64,000 nt of DNA from Opitutales bacterium (lineage in GTDB: Bacteria > Verrucomicrobiota > Verrucomicrobiia > Opitutales > Coraliomargaritaceae), in assembly GCA_049598495.1 (NCBI GenBank), contig JBMYNR010000005.1:15618-79617 (forward strand), in the 5' to 3' direction. Numbering within the stretch: position 1 is the first letter of the stretch; every line of letters starts with the position of its first letter. The position numbers were made by a program, and so were the translations under genes. The notes under the pieces were generated by a model. That model saw only the letters and a list, made by a program, of their open reading frames with translations. It searched no databases and was not told the origin of the DNA. This document shows, piece after piece, positions 62,064-64,000 of this stretch.

Positions 62064-63419
62064 ATGGCGAAATCAACACGGATGACCTTTTGCTCTTTCT
62101 GTGGGAAGGCTCAAAACGAGGTTCGCAAGATGATCGCTGGTCCGGCCGGTGTGCATATCTGCGATTCCTGCGTCTCCGTGTGTAAGACCATTATTGACCG
62201 AGAGCTTTCCGACGGCAGCGAGCCAGAGACGAAGCCGCAGAGCACATCCAATGGCCGTTTCAATTTGCTCAAACCTGCCGAGATCACCGCGCGGCTCGAC
62301 GAGCATATTATCAGCCAGAATTATGCTAAGCGTGCCCTCGCAGTCGCGGTCTATAACCATTATAAACGTCTTCGGGCAGAGCAGTGTGTTGAGCAGGCAT
62401 CTGATTTTGCCGATCTCGATGGGAAGTATGATGACGTGCAGATCGAGAAGAGTAATATTCTCCTGCTGGGTCCCACGGGTAGTGGCAAGACCTTGCTCGC
62501 CCGCACGATGGCCAAGATGCTTGATGTCCCCTTCGCCATCGCCGATGCCACGACCCTCACGGAGGCAGGCTATGTGGGGGAGGATGTGGAGAACATCGTC
62601 CTTCGTCTGCTCCAAGCGGCTGAGTATGATGTGCAGAAGGCCGAATGTGGTATTATCTACGTCGACGAAATCGATAAGATCGGCCGCAAGACGGATAATG
62701 TCTCGATCACACGTGATGTTTCAGGTGAAGGTGTCCAGCAGGCCCTGCTCAAGATCCTAGAGGGCACGGTTTGCAATGTGCCGCCTCAGGGTGGCCGCAA
62801 GCACCCGAATCAAGAGTATATCCAGCTCGATACCTCCAATATTCTATTTATCTGTGGCGGTGCCTTTGTTGGCCTCGATAAAATCGTCCAGAGTCGTGTG
62901 GGCTCCAAGGCAATGGGCTTTGATACGGAGCGGAACCGTCGCCAGAATGAGGTTCCTGTCAGTGAGTTGCTTCGCGAGACTCAGCCGGAGGATCTCGTCC
63001 ACTTTGGTATGATCCCTGAGTTTATCGGACGTCTTCCAATGGTCGCTGTACTTGATGAGCTGTCACGTTCCGATCTGGAGCATATTCTCCAGAACACGAA
63101 AAACTCGCTGGTCAAACAATACAGTAAACTCTTTTCGATGGAGGGAGCTGAACTCCACTTCACCCGCGACGCCGTGACTGCGATTGCCGATAAGGCGATT
63201 GCATTGAAGACAGGTGCTCGCGCTCTACGTTCTATTATGGAGCGTATCATGCTCGATGTGATGTATGACCTACCGCAGACTGAAAATGTCGAGAAGGTGG
63301 TGATTAACCGCGCAGTCGTCGAAGGGCGCGGCAAACCTAAGCTACAGCTTCGTAAGCCAGACGAAATTGGATCCGAAGTGAAAGAGGCGTCCGGCGATTC
63401 ATCGGTAGACGCCGCATAG
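62064..63419 (+). CDS. clpX: ATP-dependent Clp protease ATP-binding subunit
   Basis: CSFCGK..ICDSC zinc finger, [41 protein letters not shown]. Confidence 0.98.
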   Translation: MAKSTRMTFCSFCGKAQNEVRKMIAGPAGVHICDSCVSVCKTIIDRELSDGSEPETKPQSTSNGRFNLLKPAEITARLDEHIISQNYAKRALAVAVYNHYKRLRAEQCVEQASDFADLDGKYDDVQIEKSNILLLGPTGSGKTLLARTMAKMLDVPFAIADATTLTEAGYVGEDVENIVLRLLQAAEYDVQKAECGIIYVDEIDKIGRKTDNVSITRDVSGEGVQQALLKILEGTVCNVPPQGGRKHPNQEYIQLDTSNILFICGGAFVGLDKIVQSRVGSKAMGFDTERNRRQNEVPVSELLRETQPEDLVHFGMIPEFIGRLPMVAVLDELSRSDLEHILQNTKNSLVKQYSKLFSMEGAELHFTRDAVTAIADKAIALKTGARALRSIMERIMLDVMYDLPQTENVEKVVINRAVVEGRGKPKLQLRKPDEIGSEVKEASGDSSVDAA

Positions 63420-63705
63420 TTCATTGGGCGTGCCGGACTTAGAGCAACATTGCATGTAGTTGGAACAAGGCCTCATTCCTGCCCGCTCGGCGAGCTCAGG
63501 GCCTTGAGTCGATCAACAGTCGGGACTGGGGGGATGTTTGCTTCCCGCTGGGTTGGTCGCAGCGATACGGGTCCCGACCCGCACCCGCTGCACCGGTCTG
63601 GCTGGCAACAAAAATGACACCCAGCCAGTGATTCTACCTAAATACAATAGGCTTTAGGAAGTTCTGCACGCAGTTAAGCGGTTGGCAGATGATGTTATTC
63701 GCCGC

Positions 63706-63741
63706 GGTATTGTTCGCGGTATTATTCCCGGTATTATTCGC
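63706..63741. repeat. Three tandem 12-mers
   Basis: GGTATTGTTCGC GGTATTATTCCC GGTATTATTCGC. Confidence 0.75.
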
Positions 63742-64000
63742 TCTCGGCGGCTGGCTCGCTCTGGCTCGTCCGCAGAGAATACACCAGCGCCGTGGAGGCG
63801 ATGGCCATGAGAAAAAGGAGAAGGCCCAACAGGATTCCCTTGGCTTGGAGTGAGCGTTTCAAACTGTTCTGCACAGTATGGAATGAACCGCATCGTTCAA
63901 GGCCAATCGTAACTCACCTAGGCGGCAGTCTTTTTGCAATATGCTCTAGTGTGGTGTCAGCGAAGTTCGCTACATATTCTTTCGACTTTACCGAGTATTA

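Noticed and set aside
63425..63445. RNase P RNA suggested by AAGTCCGG on the minus strand
   Set aside because: The preceding GAGGA of GAGGAAAGUCC is absent and the matching 3' P4 motif was not found.
63706..63741. CRISPR array
   Set aside because: The units are 12 nt, directly tandem, without spacers, and there are no cas genes.

Overview
A 64 kb chromosomal window of mostly core genes. Gene content and order suggest a Verrucomicrobiota (Opitutia-like, possibly marine) bacterium; this is inference, not a database match. The centre (19.2-42.1 kb) is the str/S10/spc/alpha ribosomal-protein supercluster. It lacks tuf, rpmD, adk, infA and rpmJ at their usual positions. It is split between rpsJ and rplC by a deoC / ALDH / truncated-ALDH / tail-less ssb block, and carries a signal-peptide-bearing non-ribosomal gene between rpsS and rplV. 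The flanks encode RNA modification and processing (miaA, rnd, rsmI, queF, rsmA, tadA, queG), GDP-fucose synthesis (gmd, fcl), amino-acid and nucleotide metabolism (trpC, cysK, proC, folD, proB, lysC, thrC, pyrH, tdk, nupC), sodA, infA, frr, an oleC-oleD pair without oleA/oleB, a VapBC module whose toxin lacks its first catalytic Asp, parE, and tig-clpP-clpX. Non-coding signals read by eye include a 6S-like RNA (10.04-10.20 kb), several intrinsic terminators, intergenic 7-8 nt tandem repeats, a GTAG-type REP doublet, candidate r-protein leaders and multi-branch structured elements. No rRNA, tRNA, CRISPR array, transposase or prophage was seen. All RNA pairings were done by hand and need computational confirmation.
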